Part shown: one piece after another, positions 10,561-22,400 of the stretch
Numbering within the stretch: position 1 is the stretch's first letter
Layout of the letters: each line of letters starts with the position of its first letter
Notes under the pieces: generated by a model
Databases searched by the model: none
What the model was told of the DNA's origin: nothing
The model's input: the letters and a program-made list of their open reading frames with translations, nothing else
Made by a program: the position numbers and the translations under genes
NCBI RefSeq assembly: GCF_964188315.1
Contig: NC_135656.1
Coordinates: 3,472,001 to 3,536,000 of the forward strand
Reading direction: 5' to 3'
From: Podarcis muralis
Taxonomy: Eukaryota
DNA: 64,000 nucleotides

Positions 10561-11678
10561 CATGTCTAGTCATTGAAGGACATCCTCCCTCCTGCATTCT
10601 TCCTTCTATGCACAGAAAGAAGCAGCAAAAGAAACGAGTTCCCCTGCTCTCTCCCACCCCCTGGTGAGGTATAGACATCTGATCCAGAGAAGCCGACACT
10701 CATCGTTTCTTCCAGCACACTGCTACTGATTTAATCTACTGTTGCATTGTTCCTGGGAAAATGGCCAGAACCTCAGCAACCTGTTGTGGATGGGAAGCTG
10801 CTCATGATTCACTGCTCTGCTATCTGCTACTGCAGCTATCCTTTTCCACTGAGCCTAAACACACCTGATGGCATAGTGAGGAATGTTTAACCCATAAACT
10901 TACGTGAAATGCCTTCCTCAGCTAGAGTCTAGTGTGCCAGGAACAGAGCAGGTCTTTGCTAGGTGCTCCTGAGCCTCAAGAAGACGGAGCTGTTGACCAC
11001 TGAGCTGACGTTCGCCTGAGCAGCCAGCCAGCCACAGCAGCAACTGCTCTGCAGAATTCTTAGGTCAGTTACAGGCCAGTTAGAATCCTGACAACAACAC
11101 AAATCATAACTCCAGGGTACTGGTCATTTGGAACATCAGGAAAGTGGGAAATGGGAGGGAACTCACTTCCCTTCTTTCCCAATGCAGAGTGTCTATTCCA
11201 GGACACTGTGCAGTTAAAACACGTTCTTCCTGAAGTCAGAATCAGAGCAGTTCCAGCAGTAAAACTGGTGATACAGTATGTGTATCTCAGTACAGATTTG
11301 TTTGATGGGCCTGAATGCATTTCATAAAGGATCTCCATGTACAAGAAAGGCTAATAGCATGAGAATTTCCTTGGCAAAATTATTGAAGACTCCTTACAAA
11401 CCTATCATTCTTCTTCCCCATCCCATCTTGTTTGGACGTTATAGTAAGGGAGAAGATCTTAGCTCTTTTCCTTTGCACTGGGACCACATGGAGTTTGTGC
11501 CATGGGACCCCATCACTCACAATAATCCAGGCAATACCATTTTCAGAACCTAGGTGTCCATGATTTAAAATCGCTTTCCTAAGACACTTCCGTCAAAATA
11601 TTTGTGTTGCTTTCTTTCTGTTCCTTTCTGTGTTGATGCTCCGAATGTGAGCTGCTCAGCTGCATGCAGTTTCCACTG

Positions 11679-11679
<1 letters not shown>

Positions 11680-11719
<40 letters not shown>
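11680..11719. repeat. (GT)n microsatellite, length-variable between units
   Basis: Also near 21790, 32496, 39558, 46437 and 52570. Confidence 0.9.
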
Positions 11720-11720
<1 letters not shown>

Positions 11721-12010
11721 TTAACATTCGGCCAAGCAATGGGCCTAAATCCATGTATTTCACCTGAAATAACTTTGGGAGCCAGCCTTTAAAAATCTAA
11801 AGTGATATCAAATTCGGAGGAATTAAAAGCTGTCATCTTCTTGACTATTTTAAATATCTTAGAACATAGGTAAAGGTAAAGGGACCCCTGACCATTAGGT
11901 CTAGTTGTGCAGCAAATGGAGCATTAGAGTCATCCATTCATTTCAGGAGGTGTGACCATTGATAAGATGAAGCACTTTCACATCCACGTGGCAATGTGCA
12001 GTGCTTTTAA

Positions 12011-12295
12011 AAAGGTAAAGGACCCCCGACAGTTAAGTCCAGTCGCAAACGACTCTGGGGTTGCACCACTCATCTGGCTTTACTGGCCGAGGGAGCCGAC
12101 GCTGGTCGACAGAAAACTTTTCTGGGTCATGTGGCCAGCATGACTAAGCCGCTTCTGGCAAAACCACAGCAGCGCACAGAAACACCATTTACCGTCCCTC
12201 TGGAGCGGTACCTATTTATCTACTTGCACTTTGACGTGGTTTGGAACTGCTAGGTTGGCAGGAGCAGGGACCGAGCAACGGGAGCTCACCCCGTC
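12011..12295 (-). mobile_element. Sauria SINE (lacertid-type), unit 1
   Basis: aaaggtaaagg tail, ctgggtcatgtggccagcatgactaagccgcttctggc and cggtacctatttatctacttgcac. A short second tail fragment lies at ~11872-11905. Confidence 0.85.
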
Positions 12296-12545
12296 AAATA
12301 CGCAAGTCCAGTTCTGTATCTGCATGACATCCTCCACGCCCAAATGCTCTCCCGTACTGTTTCCCCCACTTAATCAGGATACACCATCTCCATTGAAACC
12401 TCTGCTCAGTGACACCCATCCAAGAGAAAAGTGCTGACCGTCTTCACGCAGATACAGTTCTGCGCAGGGGTCTGGCCGACAAGTTCTTCCCGCGTGTGGG
12501 GATGTTTTCAGGGGCTCTTTACTTTTCCCTGCCTCCCCTTTCATC

Positions 12546-12960
12546 CTCACCTGAGGAGATCTTGGCCATTCTCTTGACAGGGACCTCCGTTCTCAGGCTG
12601 GATTTCTGTTTTCCTTCATCCCTCCTTCTCCCGGTCTGCTTCACTGAGCAAATAAGAGAGAGGAGGTCTCATGCAAGTCAAGGTGTGCAATGGATCTTCA
12701 GGGCATTTGGAAGGAAGAAAAGGTTCAGGAACAAGCGACACAGCAGCCCCCCAAGCGTAGAAACACATTTGAACATATCGCTCATGAGATTCGCCCCACC
12801 CCCTTAGGATATAAATGCAGAACATCCTGCGCTCCTATTAAAATACAAAGTGGGGTATTTCATATGATAAGCACAGATGAAGCTGCCTTATACGGAGCCA
12901 GACCAATTTTGAGAAAGTGCTACATGGGCTACTCCACCAATTGGCTATCAATGAGAACAT
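12546..12960 (-). promoter_or_regulatory. Candidate promoter and non-coding first exon of the claudin unit
   Basis: Minus-strand donor CAG|gtgag at 12551/12550, GC box near 12790, TATAAA on plus near 12809, two CCAAT motifs at 12900-12945. Motif-only evidence. Confidence 0.3.
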
Positions 12961-13344
12961 AGCAAAACACAAAATGGCTGCCACATGGTGTGGTATGAAA
13001 TAAATTTGCCTGGCTGTGGGGCGTGAAGGCCGCACCCTGCAAGACCCTTCCCACGTGGCTTAGGCCCAGACTTGCTAGCCCCACAAAAGAGGCTCCTCAT
13101 GAGGCCAGAGGAACATGGCCTGGCTGTGGGGCATGATTCGAAACCTCCAGTCCCAGTCCAGTGCTCTAACCACTAAACCACACTGCCCCCCATTGCAGTC
13201 TATAATAGCCTGGAGGGCCACAGATGCCCCATATTCTCTGGCTCTGAGATTGCCCAAAGTTTCCTTTCTCTCCCTGGTTGTGCACAAAGAAAAATGCCCA
13301 TGACAAAATGTGACCTTTTTGGTTCTTTGGAGACAGTTCTGCTT

Positions 13345-13382
13345 CCCTCTCTCTCCCTTTCTCTTTCTCTCTCTCTCTCTCT
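13345..13382. repeat. (CT)n microsatellite, length-variable between units
   Basis: Source of the poly-RE ORFs. Also near 23452, 34155, 41222 and 54242; falls in the N gap in unit 5. Confidence 0.9.
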
Positions 13383-15281
13383 TCATTTAAAGGAGCCTCA
13401 TCCCTTTTCCCACCCAACTTCCTCCTGCACACAGCTTCAAAATTTCCATGAAGAACTAACTAAATAACCAACCCATAATTGGAATTTATGAGATTAAGGA
13501 GATAAATTATTTTTATATAATGAAAATAGATGGGAGGATAAGTTAATTGCGCAAGGCGAGAATATATAGGATGGCAAAAAATTAAAACAAAGATTATGAT
13601 TTGGTTTCTTAAAATAACACCAACACATGCCTCCTCAGTGGATTTCAGAACAAATCTCTCTCTCTTTTTTTAAATTACGCAAACACTGTAATGCAAGGAG
13701 TTGTAGTAGTGACAATGCAGTGAGATTCTACTCAGAGAAAGCCTATTGGAATGAATGGGTTTGAATTAGTTGTGTCCTTTAGTTTTTGCTTTTAATCTGG
13801 ATAATACCTAATTAGGGGTAGGGATTGCTTTGCTTTCTTTCTGTTCTTGTTTTTATTAAGTATTTTGTTGGGTTGTTTTTGTCGTTGTTGAAATTCCACA
13901 AATTGCACATCAGGATTCGTTACATAGTAAGTCCCCCCCCCCCTTTTCTATTATCTGCTTCCCATCCCACTTCCTAGGATGTTTTTTTCTTTTCCACCCT
14001 TAGCTGCAACTTATCTTCCCTCTTTTATATCAGAACTCTAATGCTCTATTTGAATTAAAAGAGGGGGAAACCCAGCCGGATGGGCGGGGTCTAACTAAAC
14101 TATTATTGTTGTCTTATTTATTTATTTGTGTTTTTATCTTGTATAAAAAATAAAACCCCCCAAAACCCAAAGTTGAAGCAAGAAGGCATCTTCAAATGTT
14201 AAATAAACACAAGCAGTGAATTGCCAGGACTTGGTTGCCCCTGGTGATGAATTCACTCTTTCCACCCACCCACCCCCCTTTCAAAAATGTGCATGGAATG
14301 AAAGAGCTGGCATTCAATTCTATTCTTTTAAAAGCATATTTTCTATTATCATTGGGTCCATTCGGACAAATATTGGGTCCCTTCTCTCACTTTTGACCCT
14401 TCTTGATTCCCTCATTTCTGGGGGTTGGACTAGATGACCCATGGGGTCCCTTCCAACTCTTCCGTTCTACGATTCTCTCGCCTACAATTCCGACACCCAC
14501 TTCATGTTGTACCAATCATATCAGCAGATAAACCACATTTTCTTCAGTTGATGGTATTTTTTTAGGGGGTAGAAAGGAGTGTGGCTTTGTTTGGGAGGTT
14601 TTTGTTAGGAAATCCTGACATCCAGTGGATGGGGAACGCATGACAGCTGACGTTACACGCCCAACATCCACTTAAAAGCCATATGGTGCCTTGAAACGCT
14701 TCCCCCAAAAGGATTCTGGGAGCTGTAGTGCTGTAGTCCCAGCACTACCATTCCCAGAGTTCTCTGGGAAGTTGTGGGCATCTCTTTTGAGAGGCAATGG
14801 AGTGCGCCTCCGGGGGTGAAATCAAAGCTTTTCAGCAGCCGCTAGAAGGAAAAACAAAGGAGACGCCTGCGAGAAGCCAAGTCACAGGGAACCAGGCAGA
14901 GGCCTTCTCGGTGGTGGCGCCTTCTTCATGGTGATCCACTACTGCTTTAAGGGAGGTCTTGGAATAAGTAGATTTGTTGCTGATCCAAAACACCCGCCCA
15001 CCCCACTCACACATGAAAACAAAGACCACCACAGCCAACTACAAAGGAATAACCACACCCTAGGCCAACCCCAACCTCTCTCACCACCAAAGGAACACAA
15101 GCAAACACAAGCAAACAAAATCTTAAATAAATAAATAAATAAATACTAGTCCTAAAAAAGAGGCCTCCTCACCTGAAGGACCTCAAAGCCCACCTGAAGT
15201 CCCAAAACCAAACTATCAGATCCTGATCCATGGAGATCCATGCGTGTATGGAGCGATCTGCGTGGATCTGGATCTGCTAGT

Positions 15282-15380
15282 TTAGTCTTTATGGTTGAAG
15301 GGAATCACATGTATAATCGTATGTTTGGGGACATCAGGTGGGCTTTGATGTCCTTCAGGTGACCTTTGGGGTGTATGGCT
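15282..15380 (-). pseudogene. Claudin 3'-end stub 1 (last 32 codons, ending FNHKD*)
   Basis: Matches the claudin 3' end and stops abruptly at a TG-starting LTR. Confidence 0.9.
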
Positions 15381-15757
15381 GTGGCATTTGCCTCTTAGGA
15401 TGGGTCATAAGGAAAGGGTTAAAATGGGTGTGATGTGATTGGCCAGTGAGAATGCAAGGGGGGAGTAAAAGTTAGAGTGGGAGGTTTTGAAAGTCAGTTG
15501 AGGTTTGGGAGTTGGAGAAGGAAGAGGGAGAAATAGGCCGTGGGTTGGTCAAGTTGTATTGTGAGAGAGTGAGAGGAATTGTTAGGTGGAGTCAGATAGA
15601 TACCGGTAGTTGGAATAATCAGTTTGGAGTTGTTAGGAACTAAGATGAAGCAACTGACAAGAGAAAAATAAACTGAAACCATACGCTTGTTCCTGCATTT
15701 AATAATAAACTTGATCATTTGTTAATGTTAACAACTGTCTGGACTCTGTGTGTCACA
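15380..15757 (+). mobile_element. Solo LTR, 378 bp, no TSD
   Basis: TGTGGCA...TGTCACA ends, ATTGG box, AATAAA ~45 nt from the 3' end. Flanks atggc and gtggt do not match. Confidence 0.7.
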
Positions 15758-16345
15758 GTGGTGGCCACATGTGGTGGGAGTGTGAAAAGATAAAAAAAAA
15801 TTTGGGACTTAATATATAATGAATTGAAGAAGCTTTTTAAGTATACATTGCCGAAAAAACTGGGGGCTTTTTTATTAGGGATAATAGGGGAGGAAGTAAA
15901 AAAGGAGGATCATAAATTATTCCAATATGCTACAGCAGCAGCTAGGATCCTTGTAGCTCAAAAGTGGAAGTCACAGGAGACCCCAACGGTTATGGAATGG
16001 CAGGCTAAATTTTTTGAATACACAGAATTAGCTAAAAAGACGTATAAAATCTGGGACCAAAAAGGGACAAAGTTTGAAGAAGAATGGGGTAAATTTGTGG
16101 CATACATAAGAATTAACTGTAGAAGTTTAAAAACTACAGCAGGGTAAACATAAATCCTGTGATGTGTATAGAAGTTAATAAGAATCTGTAAGAGAAGATA
16201 TATATTAAGAAAACCGCAGCTGGGAAGGAAGGAAGTCTGGGCGTGAATATACACAGTGTAAATAAGATGACATAAAATGATGACTGTAAAAGATTGTTTT
16301 ATTTCGTTTGTGAAAAAACTCAATAAAAAGTATTTGCAAAAAAAG
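15758..16345 (+). mobile_element. L1-clade LINE 3' fragment
   Basis: GHMWWECEKIK..FLLGII..YATAAARILVAQKWK, with an AATAAA and A-rich tail near 16322-16360. Confidence 0.85.
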
Positions 16346-17139
16346 AAAAAGAAAGAAAGCAATCACAATGGTGGCACAGGGTCAATAGACTGTCAAATGT
16401 CCGGGGGCCCTGTGTGATCGCCACGAAATTGGTGGTAGCGGTGGGAAAACAACCGTACCTGCGGTGCAATAACATCACTACCTGTCACCACAGAAGTGGT
16501 AGGCAAGTGGTGGGATTTGGTGGGGAAAACAATACACCTGGAGGGGGGAGGGTAAATCTGTGAAGGGATTACCTAGCCCGGGGGTGTAGTTGCGTGGCGA
16601 GTTCCCGCCCCCCACCAGGATAAATAAAGACACGAGACACCATAGTTTAAGGTTAAATGGGCGAATTAGGCCACAACTTTATTGAATTCAGGAATGAGAG
16701 GCATTGGCTTAGGCATTGGTCCTAACGACTATCCGGCTCCAGCCCATTTGCTGGAGACACAGGGAAGGGTTAACTCTAAATCGGGGGAGTCTCCCGCCAA
16801 GGCACGTCGACTAGGAGCTCCCCCGGGTCACCGCTCTGGGGCGTGCCTTTGGCCCTCACCTCCATAGGCTTCGGACAGGGCCACACCCCCCGGAGACCTT
16901 TAACGGACCACCCTTCGCTCACTGGGGGGAGGTGATGGCGTTCCTCCCCCCCCACATCCTCTTAACCCCTTCTTACCAATGCCTACCGCCACACGAGCAA
17001 TCGCTCACCGCCAATACTCTCATGCCTGAAACCAATCTCTTACCCCCTTTGCTATATCAGTAAGCCACATGTCATTTCCCACATCTGAAAGATGCACGCC
17101 ATCAAGCCGGTAGAGGGCCTCCCACCCACCCAGGGCTGC

Positions 17140-17520
17140 CACTCTACGCACCACCGCCCGATCCAAGGCTTTCCTAGCCCTATTTGTGGCTATCGGGCAC
17201 CTGCTCTCTCTCCAAACCCGGCTTTCCATCAACAAGGCCCCAAGAATGGTGATGTTTGGATAAGAGGCCTTACGCACCACCGCCCGATCCAAGGCTTTCC
17301 TAGCCCTATTTGTGGCTATCGGGCACCTGCTCTCTCTCCAAACCCGGCTTTCCATCAACAAGGCCCCAAGAATGGTGATGTTTGGATAAGAGGCCTTAGG
17401 CACCACCGCCCGATCCAAGGCTTTCCTAGCCCTATTTGTGGCTATCGGGCACCTGCTCTCTCCCCAAACCTGGCTTTCCATCACCAAGGCCCCAAGAATG
17501 GTGATGTTTGGATAAGAGGC
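17140..17520. repeat. 126-bp tandem repeat x3 inside the SGNH ORF (x2 in the second copy)
   Basis: 42-aa unit repeated; ORF is 179 aa here versus 137 aa at 27864..28277. Confidence 0.9.
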
Positions 17521-18586
17521 CTTAAGTTCCTCAAAGTCACTAAAGATATGCCACATCAAGTCGACTGCCTTTCTGTAAACTGAATCCTTTTCGCCTAATT
17601 GGATAACCCAAGCATCTGGGGGGGCCCACCGCTGCCGCTCTGGCCCTAATTGCAGGCAACATTCCGGCCCAGTGCATTTCCCTCCGAGAGATCCATGATA
17701 TATTGATGTAGTTTAAGGTGCGGCCCGAGACCGGAATTGATGGCGCAGACCCTGGCCCAATGCACAATGCTGTGCCCGATTATCCAGATGCGCGCCCTCA
17801 TAGCTCCTGCACCATAGGGTCCCTGTTAACGGCATGGTTTCTAACCCGGTGGACAGTGCAGGGACAGTGCAGGGCCTATAATCCAAATGTGCACCACAAC
17901 GTCACCTGAAAGCAAAAGAAGGTAACGAAGCCAGGTCAAGTATACTGTGAACAATCACAAGGTCTTACGAATATATCCCTTAAATGCATCAGACTTCCAC
18001 TGCCCCCAAGTCCTTCATCCTTTCAGCTAAGAGTCGCAAATGCAGTGCTGTGGTGGCGGCCCCAATCCTAAAGGAGTTAGCCACGAATTCAGCTGAGGAT
18101 AAACCGCAGGCAGCAATCACCCTTTGCATAATGCACGTGGACTGATGCCATGCAAGGCGGGAGCCAACCAAATGTATAAGAAATGGACCTGAGACGGTTG
18201 GTCTCACGTACATGAAATGTTTAGTGTCCTTTACTGCTGATCGTTTTTGGAACATTGGACATGCAGGACTAAATTGGATCTGAACAAGGTCAGGTCTCTC
18301 AAACTAACCCCAGGCAGCGGATTCTGGTTGGCCCTTACAAACCACTTCGCCAATGCGCATAGCGCCAAATGCAATGGAGTATGCAGCTGAAAATAACCGG
18401 GCCTTGTCCTCGGACCAACAGATACTCCATATTTTATTTTATTATTATAATTTTAATTTTATTTAATTATTTATTTATTTTGGAATTGGCATAGAATGTC
18501 ATAAGGGCCTTCTACCATCACTTTTAGGAGGCTGCAGCCTGCGCCAGCCCTACAACAACAACAACAACAATAATAATAGGAATAAT

Positions 18587-18674
18587 AAAAAAATTCCTTC
18601 CAGTAGCACCCCAAAGACCAACTAAGTTAGTTCTTGGTATGAGCTTTCGTGTGCATGCACACTTCTTCAGATAC
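18587..18674. mobile_element. Penelope-like element terminal fragment inside the Ngaro copy
   Basis: aaattccttccagtagcacc..gagctttcgtgtgcatgcacacttcttcagata resembles reptile Penelope ends. Also ~29305-29392. Confidence 0.55.
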
Positions 18675-19513
18675 TAATAATTTATTATTTGTGCCCCGCC
18701 CATCTGGCTGTGTTTCCCCAGCCACTCTGGGCGGCTTACAACAAAACACGACCCAGCACCCTCCAATGTACCAAGTATTGCAGAGCTTCAGCCTTGGTAG
18801 GAGGTGTGTCAAGCCTAGGATTTACTAATTTGCCTTGAGGTGTGTCAAGCCTAGCATTTATTCATTTATTCATTTATTATTTATTTATTTATTTATAAAT
18901 TTGCCTTGGAACTCCATAAGATCTAAGCGTGGACGGGGCTCCTGAAGCTAATACTCCCTTCAGGACATCACATTCCCAAGGCTCCAAAGGTGCACCCGGA
19001 ATGGCTGTGGCAATTTGCTGCGCCTGAGCATCTGTGATGTCATTGTTAACCCTAGGGGTAAATTTGGTAGAGAAATAGATGTTTAATTCTAAGCACAAAA
19101 GGACAAAGGTCCGGGACAGATCTGCCACTCTAGGAGAGTGCGATAATCGCTTTGACAGGACACTGACAACCGTTTGATTGTCGGTCCAGAAGCATACCTG
19201 GTGATTCCTGAACTCGTCAGCACGCAAATGCCATTGTACTTTTCCAGGAACTTCAACCCAACCTTCAGGTCTGACTTTACCACTTTAGAGAGGCGCACTC
19301 AGTGTTGGGGACATGAGAGAGAGACATTGCACACTTTTGTAAATCAACAAAATCTTTAATAAATAAATAAATAAATACTAGTCCTAAAAAAGAGGCCTCC
19401 TCACCTGAAGGACCTCAAAGCCCACCTGAAGTCCCAAAACAAAACTATCAGATCCTGATCCATGGAGATCCATGCGTGTATGGAGCGATCTGTGTGGATC
19501 TGGATCTGATAGT

Positions 19514-20620
19514 TTAGTCTTTACGGTTGAAGGGAATCACATGTATAATCGTATGTTTGGGGACATCAGGTGGGCTTTGATGTCCTTCAGGTGAGCTTTG
19601 GGGTGTATGGCTTTCCTCCATCTCCACTGCGCAGGATTCCTCTGGAATGACAAGATCACTTGCATAGCTTTCCTCCATCTCCACTGCGCAGGATTCCTCT
19701 GGAATGACAAGATCACTTGCACAGCTTTCCTCCATCTCCACTGCGCAGGATTCCTCTGGAATGACAAGATCTTCCGCATGGGTCTTCTCCATCTCCACTG
19801 CAGAGGATTTCTCTTGAATTACCAGGTCCAGCAGAGAACCACACTTCGAACAAGTAGTAAGACTCTCGCTTTTCACCCCACTTCCTGGGGTAATCACCAC
19901 CACAGTTTCTATTTGAGATGTATCTGTTGCGGTGGTCCTGATGCAACATCTCTCCATCCCAACCAATGCTGCACTCAGCAGCTGGAAACCCGCAGCGATA
20001 TAGCCTAGATAAATAGAAGGTCCAATATGCTGCTCGCTGGGAATTTGAGGCAATTCAAAAGCTTCTGGGAAGACAATTTCCCCATTTTGTAAGACAGCAG
20101 ACATGTTCCATATCACAGAAATCAGGACGAGTATCCCTGCAGGTAAGTTCAGCAGAGCTCCAAGGCTAAAAAAGGTTAACACAAAATCCTTATGTTTTCT
20201 GGGCTTGAACACGTTGTACAAAGCAAATGAAATTAATCCGAGGGCCGCTGAATTCATGATGGAAGCTAATGCCATTAAATCTTGGGCAATAAAAATTTCC
20301 CTTGGGAGGGTTGGATGTTGCTCATTGAGGTCTTCGCAATGCCAAAAAGCGTTGCCGTCGTTAGAAGGGTCTTTCCAAAAACAGACCTGCCAGATTCCAA
20401 TCCAGATGTTCCCAGAGCCGATTCCCTTGATGTTTTCCACACGCCACACTCTCCAGTTGGCAATGGCTATTGAGGCAATGCACATCATCCAGGCCAAAAT
20501 ATCCATCAGGAATGCACACAACTGGAGACTGGAAACTACACTCAGCCATTTGACCACCAGGTCTTTCACCCGCAGGGGGGGTTTGGAGAGGCGGGGAGCA
20601 GGGGAGACCTTGGCAGACAT
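19514..20620 (-). CDS. CLDN34: Claudin-34-like protein, copy 2
   Basis: Intact ORF nearly identical to copy 1; ends FNRKD. Confidence 0.85.
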   Translation of the reverse strand: MSAKVSPAPRLSKPPLRVKDLVVKWLSVVSSLQLCAFLMDILAWMMCIASIAIANWRVWRVENIKGIGSGNIWIGIWQVCFWKDPSNDGNAFWHCEDLNEQHPTLPREIFIAQDLMALASIMNSAALGLISFALYNVFKPRKHKDFVLTFFSLGALLNLPAGILVLISVIWNMSAVLQNGEIVFPEAFELPQIPSEQHIGPSIYLGYIAAGFQLLSAALVGMERCCIRTTATDTSQIETVVVITPGSGVKSESLTTCSKCGSLLDLVIQEKSSAVEMEKTHAEDLVIPEESCAVEMEESCASDLVIPEESCAVEMEESYASDLVIPEESCAVEMEESHTPQSSPEGHQSPPDVPKHTIIHVIPFNRKD

Positions 20621-21787
20621 CCTGGAAACAAAAGAGAAGACAAGATGCAGTGAGAGAGGGAATAACAAGCATGTCTAGTCATTGAAGGACATCCTCCCTC
20701 CTGCATTCTTCCTTCTATGCACAGAAAGAAGCAGCAAAAGAAACGAGTTCCCCTGCTCTCTCCCACCCCCTGGTGAGGTATAGACATCTGATCCAGAGAA
20801 GCCGACACTCATCGTTTCTTCCAGCACACTGCTACTGATTTAATCTACTGTTGCATTGTTCCTGGGAAAATGGCCAGAACCTCAGCAACCTGTTGTGGAT
20901 GGGAAGCTGCTCATGATTCACTGCTCTGCTATCTGCTACTGCAGCTATCCTTTTCCACTGAGCCTAAACACACCTGATGGCATAGTGAGGAATGTTTAAC
21001 CCATAAACTTACGTGAAATGCCTTCCTCAGCTAGAGTCTAGTGTGCCAGGAACAGAGCAGGTCTTTGCTAGGTGCTCCTGAGCCTCAAGAAGACGGAGCT
21101 GTTGGCCACTGAGCTGACGTTCGCCTGAGCAGCCAGCCAGCCACAGCAGCAACTGCTCTGCAGAATTCTTAGGTCAGTTACAGGCCAGTTAGAATCCTGA
21201 CAACAACACAAATCATAACTCCAGGGTACTGGTCATTTGGAACATCAGGAAAGTGGGAAATGGGAGGGAACTCACTTCCCTCCTTTCCCAATGCAGAGTG
21301 TCTATTCCAGGACACTGTGCAGTTAAAACACGTTCTTCCTGAAGTCAGAATCAGAGCAGTTCCAGCAGTAAAACTGGTGATACAGTATGTGTATCTCAGT
21401 ACAGATTTGTTTGATGGGCCTGAATGCATTTCATAAAGGATCTCCATGTACAAGAAAGGCTAATAGCATGAGAATTTCCTTGGCAAAATTATTGAAGACT
21501 CCTTACAAACCTATCCTTCTTCTTCCCCATCCCATCTTGTTTGGACGTTATAGTAAGGGAGAAGATCTTAGCTCTTTTCCTTTGCACTGGGACCACATGG
21601 AGTTTGTGCCATGGGACCCCATCACTCACAATAATCCAGGCAATACCATTTTCAGAACCTAGGTGTCCATGATTTAAAATCGCTTTCCTAAGACACTTCC
21701 GTCAAAATATTTGTGTTGCTTTCTTTCTGTTCCTTTCTGTGTTGATGCTCCGAATGTGAGCTGCTCAGCTGCATGCAGTTTCCACTG

Positions 21788-21825
<38 letters not shown>

Positions 21826-22115
21826 TTAACATTCGGCCAAGCAATGGGCCTAAATCCATGTATTTCACCTGAAATAACTTTGGGAGCCAGCCTTTAAAAA
21901 TCTAAAGTGATATCAAATTCGGAGGAATTAAAAGCTGTCATCTTCTTGACTATTTTAAATATCTTAGAACATAGGTAAAGGTAAAGGGACCCCTGACCAT
22001 TAGGTCTAGTTGTGCAGCAAATGGAGCATTAGAGTCATCCATTCATTTCAGGAGGTGTGACCATTGATAAGATGAAGCACTTTCACATCCACGTGGCAAT
22101 GTGCAGTGCTTTTAA

Positions 22116-22400
22116 AAAGGTAAAGGACCCCCGACAGTTAAGTCCAGTCGCAAACGACTCTGGGGTTGCACCACTCATCTGGCTTTACTGGCCGAGGGAG
22201 CCGACGCTGGTCCACAGAAAACTTTTCTGGGTCATGTGGCCAGCATGACTAAGCCGCTTCTGGCAAAACCACAGCAGCGCACAGAAACACCATTTACCGT
22301 CCCTCTGGAGCGGTACCTATTTATCTACTTGCACTTTGACGTGGTTTGGAACTGCTAGGTTGGCAGGAGCAGGGACCGAGCAACGGGAGCTCACCCCGTC
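22116..22400 (-). mobile_element. Sauria SINE, unit 2
   Basis: Paralogous to 12011-12295. Confidence 0.8.

Larger units (their letters stand above)
16585..19308 (-). mobile_element. Truncated DIRS-order (Ngaro-like) retrotransposon: RT end, RNase H, tyrosine recombinase, SGNH hydrolase
   Basis: RH TDNQTVV..NNDITDA (18889-19227), YR SFRIGAAT (17989-18255), frameshifted SGNH blocks RIWIIGHSIVHW (~17755-17792), PDAWVIQLGEKD and DGVHLS. Left end approximate. Confidence 0.8.

Noticed and set aside
9994-10569. 191-aa plus-strand ORF and other overlapping ORFs repeated in every unit
   Set aside because: Antisense or alternate-frame shadows of the claudin CDS; their conservation is explained by recent duplication.
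13075-13432. Arg/Glu-rich ORFs (RERERE) in each unit
   Set aside because: Translation of the (GA)n microsatellite plus a tRNA-SINE remnant at ~13135-13190.
17020-17583. Novel repeat protein
   Set aside because: Explained as an internal 126-bp duplication in the frameshifted Ngaro SGNH ORF.
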